Position numbers and translations under genes: made by a program. From assembly GCA_044226685.1 (NCBI GenBank), contig JBGAGP010000007.1, positions 1,351-65,350 of the forward strand: a stretch of DNA of 64,000 nt, written 5' to 3'. This DNA comes from Dongiaceae bacterium. Its GTDB lineage: Bacteria; Pseudomonadota; Alphaproteobacteria; Dongiales; Dongiaceae. The notes under the pieces are model-generated. The model made no database searches. It saw nothing but the letters and a program-made list of their open reading frames with translations, and was not told where the DNA came from. Of the stretch, positions 38,737-47,676 are shown in pieces. Within the stretch, counting starts at the first letter, position 1. Every line of letters starts with the position of its first letter.

Positions 38737-38836
38737 CTCATGGCATGGCTTGGCCATGCCATCCACGAGTTCAATGGGCAAGACCTCGTCGCTACAGGCA
38801 AACTCGTGGATGCCAGGGCCACGCCCTGGCATGACG
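38737..38836. repeat. REP-like palindromic doublet, family B, second copy
   Basis: Arms 38737-38771 and 38799-38836; inverted relative to the copy at 27486. Confidence 0.85.
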
Positions 38837-38869
38837 ATTGGAGGGGTTGCTACAACGAGCGCAGGTTTC

Positions 38870-39379
38870 ATGACCGACGAAGACGACGACCTGCCGCCCC
38901 TGCCGGCCGGCAAGAAGAACTACATGACGCCCGAAGGCCATGCGCGGCTGGTCGCCGAGCGGCGCAAGCTGTGGAACGAGGAGCGGCCGGAGGTGGTGCG
39001 CGTGGTCGAATGGGCGGCCGGCAACGGCGACCGCTCGGAGAACGGCGACTACATCTACGGCAAGCGGCGCCTGCGCGAGATCGACCGGCGGCTGCGCTTC
39101 CTCGACAAGCGGCTGGAGATCGCCGAGGTGGTCGATCCCAAGGCGCAGAAGAACCGCAGCAAGGTGTTCTTCGGCGCGACCGTCACCTACGCCCGCGAGG
39201 ATGACAGCGAGGTCAATGTGACCATCGTCGGCATCGATGAGACCGAGACCGGGCGGATCAGCTGGATCTCCCCGGTCGCCCGCGCACTCATGGGCAAGTC
39301 GGTCGGCGACACCGCCAAGGTGCCGACGCCGAAGGGCGTCGAGGACATCGAGATCGTGAAGATCGCGTATCCAGGGTAG
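38870..39379 (+). CDS. greB: Transcription elongation factor GreB
   Basis: NYMTPEG, WAAGNGDRSENGDYIYGKRRLREIDRR, ISWISPVARAL. Confidence 0.96.
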   Translation: MTDEDDDLPPLPAGKKNYMTPEGHARLVAERRKLWNEERPEVVRVVEWAAGNGDRSENGDYIYGKRRLREIDRRLRFLDKRLEIAEVVDPKAQKNRSKVFFGATVTYAREDDSEVNVTIVGIDETETGRISWISPVARALMGKSVGDTAKVPTPKGVEDIEIVKIAYPG

Positions 39380-39398
39380 ACATCCGGCACTTCAACTG

Positions 39399-39480
39399 CC
39401 CCCACCCCATCCCTCCCCCGTTCCGGGGGAGGGGGACAGAACAATCCCCTCCCCCTTCAGGGGGAGGGTCAGGGAGGGGG
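39399..39480. repeat. REP-like doublet, family A, between convergent greB and hemN
   Basis: Palindromes at 39411-39433 and 39447-39468, each with a G/C-run tail. Confidence 0.85.
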
Positions 39481-39507
39481 CAGATGCAGCGCCGTGATGT
39501 CGGAGGC

Positions 39508-40860
39508 TCAGACAGCCTTCGAGTGCCGCGCCTTGCCGGTGTCGAGATAGGTGTCGAAGCAGGCGGCGACGAGGCGGGCCAGGGGGCGGCCAGGCTCGGT
39601 GATGCGAACCTGCTCGCCGTCCAACTCGACCAGGCCGTCGGCGGCAAGCTCGTTCAGCCGCACCTTCTCCGGGCCGAAGCGGCGGCCGGTCATGCCGTGC
39701 GCGCGGATGACCGCGTCGAGGTCGACGGCGAAATCACACAGCAGGCGCTCGATGATCGCGCGGCGCAGGCGGTCCTCGTCGGAAAGCGCGATGCCCCGCG
39801 CAGTGGCGAGGCGGCCCGCGGCGATGGCGCGGTGCCAGGCGCCGGGCTCCGCCAGGTTCTGCACATAGCCCTGCGGCAGGGTGCCGATGGCCGATGGGCC
39901 GAGGCCGATCAACGTCGCGGCATCCTCCACCGCATAGCCCTGGAAGTTGCGGGTCAATTTGCCCGCGTTCAGCGCCTGGACCATCGGGTCGTCAGGCCTG
40001 GCGAAATGGTCGAAGCCGATCTGCACGTAGCCCAGCGCGCGAAGCCGATCATTGGCGAGGCTCATCAGGTCCCAGCGCGACGCGGCATCCGGCATGCGGC
40101 TTTCGTCGATCAGCCGCTGGTGCGTCTTCATCCACGGCACATGGGCATAGCCGAACAGCGCCAAGCGGTCCGGCGCCAGCGAATGCGCCAGGTCGATGGT
40201 CTTGAGGATGGTGTCCCGCGTCTGGCCGGGCAGGCCGTACATGAGGTCGAGGTTGATGCCAGCAATGCCGTGGGCGCGCAACAGCTCGACCGCATCCCGC
40301 ACCAGGGCGAAAGGCTGCTCGCGGTTGATCAGCCGCTGCACCTCGGGGTCGAAATCCTGCACGCCGAGACTGACGCGGTTGACACCGGACATCAGGCATT
40401 CCGCCGCCATCTCCTGGGTCAGCAGGCGCGGGTCCATCTCGATGGCGACCTCGGCCGTGTCGGCGCGGGGGAAGTGCCGGTCGAGCGCCGCCATGATGCG
40501 GGCGAATTCGGCCGGCCGCAGCATGTTGGGGGTGCCGCCGCCCCAGTGAATCTGCGTCGCCGGGCGTCTGGCATCGACATGGCGGGCGACCAGCGCCGCC
40601 TCCTCGATGAGCCGCGCGGCCAAGTCCTCGACCGGCTGATAGCGCGCCGCCACCTTGGTGTGGCAGCCGCAATACCAGCACATCGACTTGCAATAAGGGA
40701 CGTGGAGATAGAGCGAGACCGGCGCCCTGGCATCACCGGCGGCGAGCCAGGCGGCGTATTGCTCCGGCCCGATCTCGGCGTGGAAATGCGGCGCGGTCGG
40801 ATAGGAGGTGTAGCGCGGAACGGCGCGGTCGTATTTCTGCAGCAAGTCCAACTGGGTCAT
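39508..40860 (-). CDS. hemN: Oxygen-independent coproporphyrinogen III dehydrogenase
   Basis: PRYTSYPTA, CKSMCWYCGC radical SAM motif, HWGGGTP, RNFQGY. Confidence 0.97.
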   Translation of the reverse strand: MTQLDLLQKYDRAVPRYTSYPTAPHFHAEIGPEQYAAWLAAGDARAPVSLYLHVPYCKSMCWYCGCHTKVAARYQPVEDLAARLIEEAALVARHVDARRPATQIHWGGGTPNMLRPAEFARIMAALDRHFPRADTAEVAIEMDPRLLTQEMAAECLMSGVNRVSLGVQDFDPEVQRLINREQPFALVRDAVELLRAHGIAGINLDLMYGLPGQTRDTILKTIDLAHSLAPDRLALFGYAHVPWMKTHQRLIDESRMPDAASRWDLMSLANDRLRALGYVQIGFDHFARPDDPMVQALNAGKLTRNFQGYAVEDAATLIGLGPSAIGTLPQGYVQNLAEPGAWHRAIAAGRLATARGIALSDEDRLRRAIIERLLCDFAVDLDAVIRAHGMTGRRFGPEKVRLNELAADGLVELDGEQVRITEPGRPLARLVAACFDTYLDTGKARHSKAV

Positions 40861-40984
40861 GGCGCGGCCGTCGGCAAGCGGAAATCCGACCTTTGCATAG
40901 CAGCCCCGGCGGACCGGCGGCAGCGCGCCGCTTGGCGCAGCGCCGAAACGTCGCAGGCGGAAAAATGCGCGTCCGTTCAGCCGG

Positions 40985-42130
40985 TTAAGAGCTTCCCTCG
41001 GCGGCATCCTCGAGTTCGAGCTGGAGCGACAGGCGTTTCAGCAGGTCCTTCAGCGACAGGATGCCGACCAGGCTGCCGCCTTCCACCACCATTAGGCGGC
41101 TGGCGCCGCGCTTTTGCATGGCGGTGAGCGCGGCCATCGCATCGGCGCCGGCCGCGATCATGTTTGCCTCGCCTGCCGCGACCATGAGATCGCCGACTCG
41201 CATGCTATCCCAGCGGTCGCGCGGCAGGTCCTTGATCTCCTTCATCGAGATCGCGCCCAGCAGCCGGCCGCTCTCCACCACCGGAAAGAACTCGTGGTGA
41301 TGGCGCAGCACGTAGTCCTCCGCCAGCTGGCGGATGCTGATATAGGGCGAGACCGCAACCGGGGCGCCGCTCATGAAATCGCGCACGACATGGCCCTTGA
41401 TCGCCTGGCGGGTGCGCAGGTCGTAGTAGGACCCGGCGGCGGCACTCCGGAGGAACAGGCCGATCAGGATCCACCAGATGCCGGTGCCGAGATCGCCGGT
41501 CACCACGCTGATGAAGCCGATGCCCATCAGCACCACGGAGAAGGCGATGCCGGCATTGGCCGCTGCCCGCGTCGCCCGGCGCATGTCGCGCCAGCGGTGC
41601 CACAGATAGGCCCGGAGCACGCGCCCGCCATCGAGCGGAAAGGCGGGGATGAGGTTGAACACCGCCAGGATCAGGTTGAGCGAGGCGAGGTAGCGGGTGA
41701 CGCCGGTGACCGGCGCCGGCCAGCCCAGCGCCCCGCCCAGCAGGGTCAGCAGATAGAAGATCACGCCGAGGACGACGCTGAGGACCGGACCGGCGATGGC
41801 CATGCGGAACTCGACCCGCGGCGACAACGGTTCCTCCTCCAGCTCGGCGACGCCGCCGAAGATGAAGAGCGTGATGCCGCGGATCGGCAGGCCGTAATAG
41901 CGCGCCACCACGGAATGCGACAGCTCGTGCAGCAGGATGGACAGGAACAAGCCGAGCACGCCGGCAACCCCCATCCACCAATAGGCGGCGACCGGCAGGC
42001 CTTCGTAGAGCGAGGGGAAGAAGCCCTCGGCCAGCGACCAGGCGATCAGCATGGCCAGGATCGCCCAGCTCCAATCGACCTTGACCGCGAAACCGGCGAC
42101 CTCGAACAGCGTGACCTGGTGTTTCGCCAT
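40985..42130 (-). CDS. Site-2 protease (M50) with tandem CBS domains
   Basis: HELSH, NLIPAFPLDGG, two C-terminal CBS repeats. Confidence 0.94.
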   Translation of the reverse strand: MAKHQVTLFEVAGFAVKVDWSWAILAMLIAWSLAEGFFPSLYEGLPVAAYWWMGVAGVLGLFLSILLHELSHSVVARYYGLPIRGITLFIFGGVAELEEEPLSPRVEFRMAIAGPVLSVVLGVIFYLLTLLGGALGWPAPVTGVTRYLASLNLILAVFNLIPAFPLDGGRVLRAYLWHRWRDMRRATRAAANAGIAFSVVLMGIGFISVVTGDLGTGIWWILIGLFLRSAAAGSYYDLRTRQAIKGHVVRDFMSGAPVAVSPYISIRQLAEDYVLRHHHEFFPVVESGRLLGAISMKEIKDLPRDRWDSMRVGDLMVAAGEANMIAAGADAMAALTAMQKRGASRLMVVEGGSLVGILSLKDLLKRLSLQLELEDAAEGSS

Positions 42131-42150
42131 CCTGGTTCCTTTCCGCGTTG

Positions 42151-42981
42151 TCAGGCGATCAGCATCAGCGCGCAGCTGGGCGCCGCCAGGAAGCCTTGCA
42201 GCTCCGCCAGGTGCGCGGCGATGAGCGTGGCCGGCACGATCACCAGGCCGCAATCGGCATGGGATACGGCGCGACGCAATTCCGCCGCGTCCATCGTCGC
42301 CATCTGGCGGAAGACGGTGCGGCTGGTGGCGAGATCGTAGCGCTGGCGCAATGCCGCCTCCTGCGGCGCATCCGGCAGGCGGGCCACGTAGAGCCGGGCG
42401 TGGTCGACACCGCCCAGGGCGCGCGCCGCCAGCATCGCCCGGTCGCCGGCGGTCGACCCGTCATGGATCACCAGCACGTTGTGGCGCTGGTCACTGGCGG
42501 GGCCGAGCAGAAGACAGGCGCGGCCGCAGGATGCGGCCGCCGCGAACCAGTCGGTCGAGATGCGCAAATGGCGGCTGACGGCACGGCTGGTCGTCTCCAC
42601 CACCAGCAGGTCACCGCCGCCCGCCGCCGCCAAGGCGGCGGAACGATCGCCGCGCACGATCTCGAAGGATGCGGTCACGTTGAGCCGGCCGGCCAGATCT
42701 TCGAGCCGGCGCCGGGCGCGCGCCGCCAGCGCGCGGAACTCCGCTTCGAGATCGCCCGGCTCCAGGGGCATGGCGGTGGCGGAGGCCAGGCTCACCTGCC
42801 GGGTGAAGGGCAGCGCCGCCGCTTCCAGCAGGCGGGCATCCTCGATGAACATGGCATGCAGGGTCGCCTTCGCCCGCCGCGCCATCTCGGCCGCCTGTTC
42901 CAGGGCAACCAGGTTCTCGCAGGCGGATTCGAGGGCCACCACCACGCGATGAACAGCGAAATCGGTCTCTTCGGCGCTCAT
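42151..42981 (-). CDS. Universal-stress-protein-like protein (two degenerate USP domains)
   Basis: RVVVALES...LHAMFIED and second VLVIHDGS...AMLAA repeat. Confidence 0.75.
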   Translation of the reverse strand: MSAEETDFAVHRVVVALESACENLVALEQAAEMARRAKATLHAMFIEDARLLEAAALPFTRQVSLASATAMPLEPGDLEAEFRALAARARRRLEDLAGRLNVTASFEIVRGDRSAALAAAGGGDLLVVETTSRAVSRHLRISTDWFAAAASCGRACLLLGPASDQRHNVLVIHDGSTAGDRAMLAARALGGVDHARLYVARLPDAPQEAALRQRYDLATSRTVFRQMATMDAAELRRAVSHADCGLVIVPATLIAAHLAELQGFLAAPSCALMLIA

Positions 42982-42990
42982 CGCCGTACC

Positions 42991-45390
42991 TCAGGCCTTG
43001 TCGTTGCGCCGCGCGAAGGCGGCCGCCTTCTCGGCGAAGTCCGCCAGGCGACGCGCGACGCGCGCGTTGATCGAGTCCTCGGGATAGCTGCCATCCGCCG
43101 CCGGCCGGCCGGCCGGCACACCGGTCAGCAGCTCGATCGCCTGGTCGACATCCTCGATGGAATGGATGTGGAACTTGCCGTCCCGCGCCGCCGCCTGCAC
43201 GTCGCCCCGCAGCATCAGATGCTTCACGTTGCTGGCCGGGATGATGACGCCCTGTTCGCCGCTGAGGCCGCGGTCGCGGCAGAGATCGAAGAAGCCCTCG
43301 ATCTTCTCGTTCACGCCGCCGATGGCCTGGGAGCGGCCGTTCTGGTCGACCGAGCCGGTCATCGCGAAACGCTGGCTGATCGGCACCTCCGCCAGGGCGG
43401 AGAGCAGCGCGCAGAGCTCGGCCATCGAGGCGCTGTCGCCGTCGACGCCGCCATAGGATTGTTCGAACACCAGGCTCGCCGTCAGCGACAGCGGTCTGTC
43501 GCGGCCGAAGCGTCCGCCGAGGAAGCCGGAAAGGATCAGCACGCCCTTGGAATGCAGCGGCCCGCCCAGCTCCACCTCGCGCTCGATGTCGGTGACCTCG
43601 CCGCGGCCCAGGCGGACGCGGGCGGAGATGCGGCTGGGCCGGCCGAACGACATGGTCCCCATGCCGATGACGGCGAGGCCGTTGATCTGGCCGATCCGGG
43701 CGCCGGCCGTGTCGATGTGATAGGTGCCGCGCAGGATCTCCTCGCGCAGGCGCTGCGGCAGGCGGTCGGTGCGGCGGATCTGCGCGTCGATCGCCGCCTG
43801 CACATGCTCGGCCTCGACCCGCGCGGCGCCGGCCAGGCCGGCGAAATGGTCGGATTCGACGATCAGGTCGTTGACGCTGCGCATATGGGTCGAGAGCTTC
43901 TGCGAATCCTCGACCATGCGCGAGGCCTGCTCGATCACCCGGGCGATCGCAGTGCGGCCGAAGGCCTTCAGATTCTCGCGCCGCACCGAGGTGGCGATGA
44001 GCCGCGCCATCAGCGCGGTGTTGTGCACGTTGCGGTCGACCCGGTCCTCGAAGTCCACCGGCACCTTGAACAGCTCGGCGAAATCCGGGTCGTGCTGCTG
44101 CAGCAGGTAGTAGACCATCGGCTCGCCGACCAGTACCACCTTGATGTCGAGCGGGATCGGCTCCGGCTCCAGCGAAATGGTGCTGGCGAGGCTCAGCATC
44201 TGCTCCACCGATTCGATGCGGATCTCGCGCGCGCGCAATGCCCGCTTCAGCGATTCGTAGCCGATGCCGCTCTGCAGCAGGCGGATCACGTCGATGATCA
44301 GGTAGCCGCCATTCGCCTTGTGCAAGGCGCCCGGCTTCAGCAGGTTGAAATCGGTGACCAGCGTGCCGAAGCGCGCCATGTGCTCGACCCGGCCGACGAT
44401 GGTCTGGTGGTTGGGCCGGTCCTCGTAATAGATCGGCGCCCCCTGGCCGGGGGTGTTTTCCACCACCACATTCACCTGGTAGCGGCGAAAGCTGCGCCCG
44501 GGGGCGTCGTCCTCCTCCATTCCGGGCGCGATCGGCAGCGGATGCGCCTGGGGCAGGAAGTCGTCGGAATTCTCGACGATGTCGCCCTCGACCTCGCCCA
44601 GATAGGCGACGACCTCGGGCAGGTCCTGGTGGCCGCGGCGAAGCTCTTCGATCAGGTGGCCGACGGCGAAGCGCGTCATGTCATGGTTGAGGGCGCGCAC
44701 CGCCTCGCGATGCTTGCGTTCCAGGTCCGGCATGCGGCGGACCACGACTTCGAGTTCCCCTTGCAGGGACTCGATCACCTTCTTGATGCGCTCCTGCTCG
44801 GGCTCCGGCAGCTTGTTGAATTCCTCCGGCCGCAACACTTCGCCATCCTTGAGCGGCGCCAGGGCCAGGCCCATCGGGGTGCGGATCAGCGCGACGTTCT
44901 CCTTCTGCGCCTTCTGCTGCAGCGCGCTGAAGGGGGTCTCGGCCTGCTGCTTGAACTGCTCGTCGATCACCTCGCGCCGCGCGCGGTAGTCGTCGCCCTC
45001 GAAGGTCGCCGGCAGAACCGCCTTCAGCTCCTCGATCAGCTTGCGCATGGCCTCGCAGAACGGCTTGGCGCGACCGGGCGGCAGGCGCAGCGCGTTGGGC
45101 CGCTGCGGATCGGCGAAATTGTTGACGTAGCACCAATCGTCCGGCGTCGCCTGACGGGTGGCCTGGCGGCGCAGGTAGTCGGCGATCACCGAGTGCTTGC
45201 CGGTGCCGCTGGTGCCCAGGGCGAACAGGTTGTAGCCCGGATGCTTGACGCCGACGCCGAAGGCGACGGCCTCGATGGCGCGCTCCTGGCCGATCAGGCC
45301 GGGCAGATCCTCCAGGTCGTCCGTGCTGTCGCCCGGCAAAGTGGCGGGATCGCAGCGATTAAACAGTTGTTCCGGCGAAAGCGCAGTCAC
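42991..45390 (-). CDS. Lon-like protease, LonC type
   Basis: GTG start; GTSGTGKH; PGALHKANGG; VDGDSAS (catalytic Ser); IGGVNEKIEGF (catalytic Lys). Confidence 0.92.
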   Translation of the reverse strand: MTALSPEQLFNRCDPATLPGDSTDDLEDLPGLIGQERAIEAVAFGVGVKHPGYNLFALGTSGTGKHSVIADYLRRQATRQATPDDWCYVNNFADPQRPNALRLPPGRAKPFCEAMRKLIEELKAVLPATFEGDDYRARREVIDEQFKQQAETPFSALQQKAQKENVALIRTPMGLALAPLKDGEVLRPEEFNKLPEPEQERIKKVIESLQGELEVVVRRMPDLERKHREAVRALNHDMTRFAVGHLIEELRRGHQDLPEVVAYLGEVEGDIVENSDDFLPQAHPLPIAPGMEEDDAPGRSFRRYQVNVVVENTPGQGAPIYYEDRPNHQTIVGRVEHMARFGTLVTDFNLLKPGALHKANGGYLIIDVIRLLQSGIGYESLKRALRAREIRIESVEQMLSLASTISLEPEPIPLDIKVVLVGEPMVYYLLQQHDPDFAELFKVPVDFEDRVDRNVHNTALMARLIATSVRRENLKAFGRTAIARVIEQASRMVEDSQKLSTHMRSVNDLIVESDHFAGLAGAARVEAEHVQAAIDAQIRRTDRLPQRLREEILRGTYHIDTAGARIGQINGLAVIGMGTMSFGRPSRISARVRLGRGEVTDIEREVELGGPLHSKGVLILSGFLGGRFGRDRPLSLTASLVFEQSYGGVDGDSASMAELCALLSALAEVPISQRFAMTGSVDQNGRSQAIGGVNEKIEGFFDLCRDRGLSGEQGVIIPASNVKHLMLRGDVQAAARDGKFHIHSIEDVDQAIELLTGVPAGRPAADGSYPEDSINARVARRLADFAEKAAAFARRNDKA

Positions 45391-45422
45391 AATGACGGTT
45401 CCTCATCGGTCTTTGCGATAGA

Positions 45423-45449
45423 TTGCGCTGTTGCTGCGTTGCAGCGCAA
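45423..45449. promoter_or_regulatory. Candidate operator palindrome in the divergent Lon-like/DMT promoter
   Basis: TTGCGCTG-N11-CAGCGCAA with nested GCTGC-GTT-GCAGC. Confidence 0.4.
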
Positions 45450-45565
45450 GAGGCCAGTCTCCTGGAGACGGTGCGTTCCACGCGGCCGCGTCGCGCATTG
45501 CCCGATTGCCGACCGGCGAATTCACTGGCATGAGTAGCGGTATTGATCGTGACTTCGGGGGCAAC

Positions 45566-46534
45566 GTGACCACCTCCACTTCGCCGCAGGCCGGCGGCGC
45601 GCGGCACCATCCGGTCCTGGGGGCGATGACGCTTTGTCTCGGCGTCCTGGTCTTCGCGCTCCAGGATTTCGTCATCAAGTCGATCAGCGATCACTATCCC
45701 GTCCACCAGGCGATCATCATCCGCTGCGTGGTGGCGCTGCCCATCATGCTGGTACTGGTGCGGATGCAGGGCAGCCTGCGCGACCTTTGGTCGCCGCGGC
45801 TGCGCTGGCTGGTCCTGCGCGGATTGATCCTGGTCGTCTCTTACACGACCTACTACCTGGCTTTTCCCGCCATGCCGCTGGCGCAGGTGATCGCGCTGTG
45901 GTTCACCACGCCGCTCTTCGTCGTGGCGCTGGCGGGGCCGCTGCTGGGCGAGACGGTCGGCGCACGGCGCTGGATCGCGACCCTGATCGGCTTTGCCGGG
46001 GTGCTGGTGATGGTGAAGCCCTTCACCGCGTCCTTCGATCTTGCGGCGCTGCTGCCGGTCGCCGCTGCCTTGGCCTATGGCACGGCGCAGTTGATGGCGC
46101 GACGCATGGGCGTCACCGAATCCGCTGCGGTGATGTCGTTCTACCAGAACCTGGTGTTCTTCTTCGCCGCGGGCATCGCCGCGATCGTCCTGGGGGACGG
46201 GCGCTACGCCGGCAGCGGCGACGCCAGCCTGGACTTCCTGTTCCGCGCCTGGAGCATGCCGCCGACGGAGGATCTTTTGCTGCTCGCCGCCTGCGGCCCG
46301 ATCGCCTCCGCCGGAATGGTGCTGCTGACGCAGGCCTATCGCATGGCGGAAGCGAATTTCGTCACCTCTTTCGAATACACCGCGATCATCTGGGCCACCC
46401 TCGGCGGCTGGTACTTTTTCCACGAGATGCCGGATCGATTCACCTATCTCGGGGCGGCCATGATCATCGCCGCCGGCCTCTATGTGCTGTACGGCTCCCG
46501 CAAGCCGACACCGGTGGAAATCGAGCCGATCTGA
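45566..46534 (+). CDS. DMT/EamA family transporter
   Basis: About ten TMs; WFTTPLFVVALA, LLGETVGARRW, FEYTAIIWA; start uncertain. Confidence 0.9.
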   Translation: MTTSTSPQAGGARHHPVLGAMTLCLGVLVFALQDFVIKSISDHYPVHQAIIIRCVVALPIMLVLVRMQGSLRDLWSPRLRWLVLRGLILVVSYTTYYLAFPAMPLAQVIALWFTTPLFVVALAGPLLGETVGARRWIATLIGFAGVLVMVKPFTASFDLAALLPVAAALAYGTAQLMARRMGVTESAAVMSFYQNLVFFFAAGIAAIVLGDGRYAGSGDASLDFLFRAWSMPPTEDLLLLAACGPIASAGMVLLTQAYRMAEANFVTSFEYTAIIWATLGGWYFFHEMPDRFTYLGAAMIIAAGLYVLYGSRKPTPVEIEPI

Positions 46535-46545
46535 GGCATTCGCCC

Positions 46546-47676
46546 ATGCAGCTGCTGAATTTCATGAGTCCGACCCCGGCGGAACAGCCGGTCCTCAACA
46601 GCAACCGCGACCGCTATTTCCCGATCCGGACCATCCGCCGCGGCGCACAGGTGTACCCGCTGCCCCCTGCCGCCCGGCCGCTCGACGCGGCGGCCCTCGG
46701 CGTCGACGCCTTCATGGCGGAGCATCGGGTCGGCGGCCTGTTGGTCTTGAAGCGCGGCGAGATCCACCTGGAGCGCTATGGCCTCGGCCTCGACGAGCGC
46801 ACGCGGTGGTATTCCTATTCCATCGGCAAGTCGGTGATGTCGACCCTGCTGGGGGCGGCAATCCACCAGGGCGCCATCGACGGGGTTTCCGATCCCGTCA
46901 CGCGCTATCTGCCGGACCTGCGCGGCACCGCCTACGAGGCCAACACCATCCGCCACCTGCTGGAGATGTCGTCGGGGGTGCAGTGGGACGAGGCCTATCG
47001 CGACGGCACCTCGGATTTCGCGCGCTACTACAACGCCGTGCTCGAAGGCCGCCGCGACGGCGCCATGGCGGTGATGCGCGGCCTGAAGCGCGCGGTGCCG
47101 CCGGGCACGCGCTTCGTCTACAGCAGCGGTGAATCCTACCTGCTGGGGGCGCTGATCGCCGCGGCCACCGGGCAGACGCTGTCCGACTATCTTTCAGACC
47201 GCATCTGGGCGCGCTTCGGCATGGAGGCCGATGGCTACTGGACGCTCGATGCGCCCGATGGGCTGGAGATGGGCAGCGGCGGCTGCAACTTCACCCTGCG
47301 CGATTTCGGCCGCTTCGGCCTTTTCATCCTCGGCGGCGGCATTGCCGGCGGCGAGGCGATCCTGCCTGCGGGATGGATCGCGGAAGCCAGCCACCCGCGG
47401 CCGGATTCGCCGCAGGTCGGCTATGGCCGCGTCGCGCCGCAGGTGCCCATGGGCTACGGCTATCAATGGTGGTCGTTCCCCAGCGGCGACCCGCGCCTGC
47501 CCGGCCATGACGGCGCCTTCACCGGCCAGGGCATTTTCGGCCAGTTCCTCTACCTCAACCCGCGCGAGGAGCTCGCGGTGGTGATCTGGAGCTGCTGGCC
47601 CGATCCCTGGATGGAGGAGAAGGAATGGGCCGCCTACCGCTTCCTTTCGCGCTGCGTCGAAGCGCTCAGGAACTGA
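46546..47676 (+). CDS. Serine hydrolase, beta-lactamase class C / NylB-like
   Basis: SIGKS (SxxK), FVYSSG, YGYQWW, GIFGQ; no signal peptide. Confidence 0.9.
   Translation: MQLLNFMSPTPAEQPVLNSNRDRYFPIRTIRRGAQVYPLPPAARPLDAAALGVDAFMAEHRVGGLLVLKRGEIHLERYGLGLDERTRWYSYSIGKSVMSTLLGAAIHQGAIDGVSDPVTRYLPDLRGTAYEANTIRHLLEMSSGVQWDEAYRDGTSDFARYYNAVLEGRRDGAMAVMRGLKRAVPPGTRFVYSSGESYLLGALIAAATGQTLSDYLSDRIWARFGMEADGYWTLDAPDGLEMGSGGCNFTLRDFGRFGLFILGGGIAGGEAILPAGWIAEASHPRPDSPQVGYGRVAPQVPMGYGYQWWSFPSGDPRLPGHDGAFTGQGIFGQFLYLNPREELAVVIWSCWPDPWMEEKEWAAYRFLSRCVEALRN

Noticed and set aside
38750-38869. N-terminal extension of GreB
   Set aside because: It is the translation of the family B repeat; GreB similarity starts near 38870.
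40861-40984. FNR/FixK box upstream of hemN
   Set aside because: No TTGAT-N4-ATCAA-like site found.
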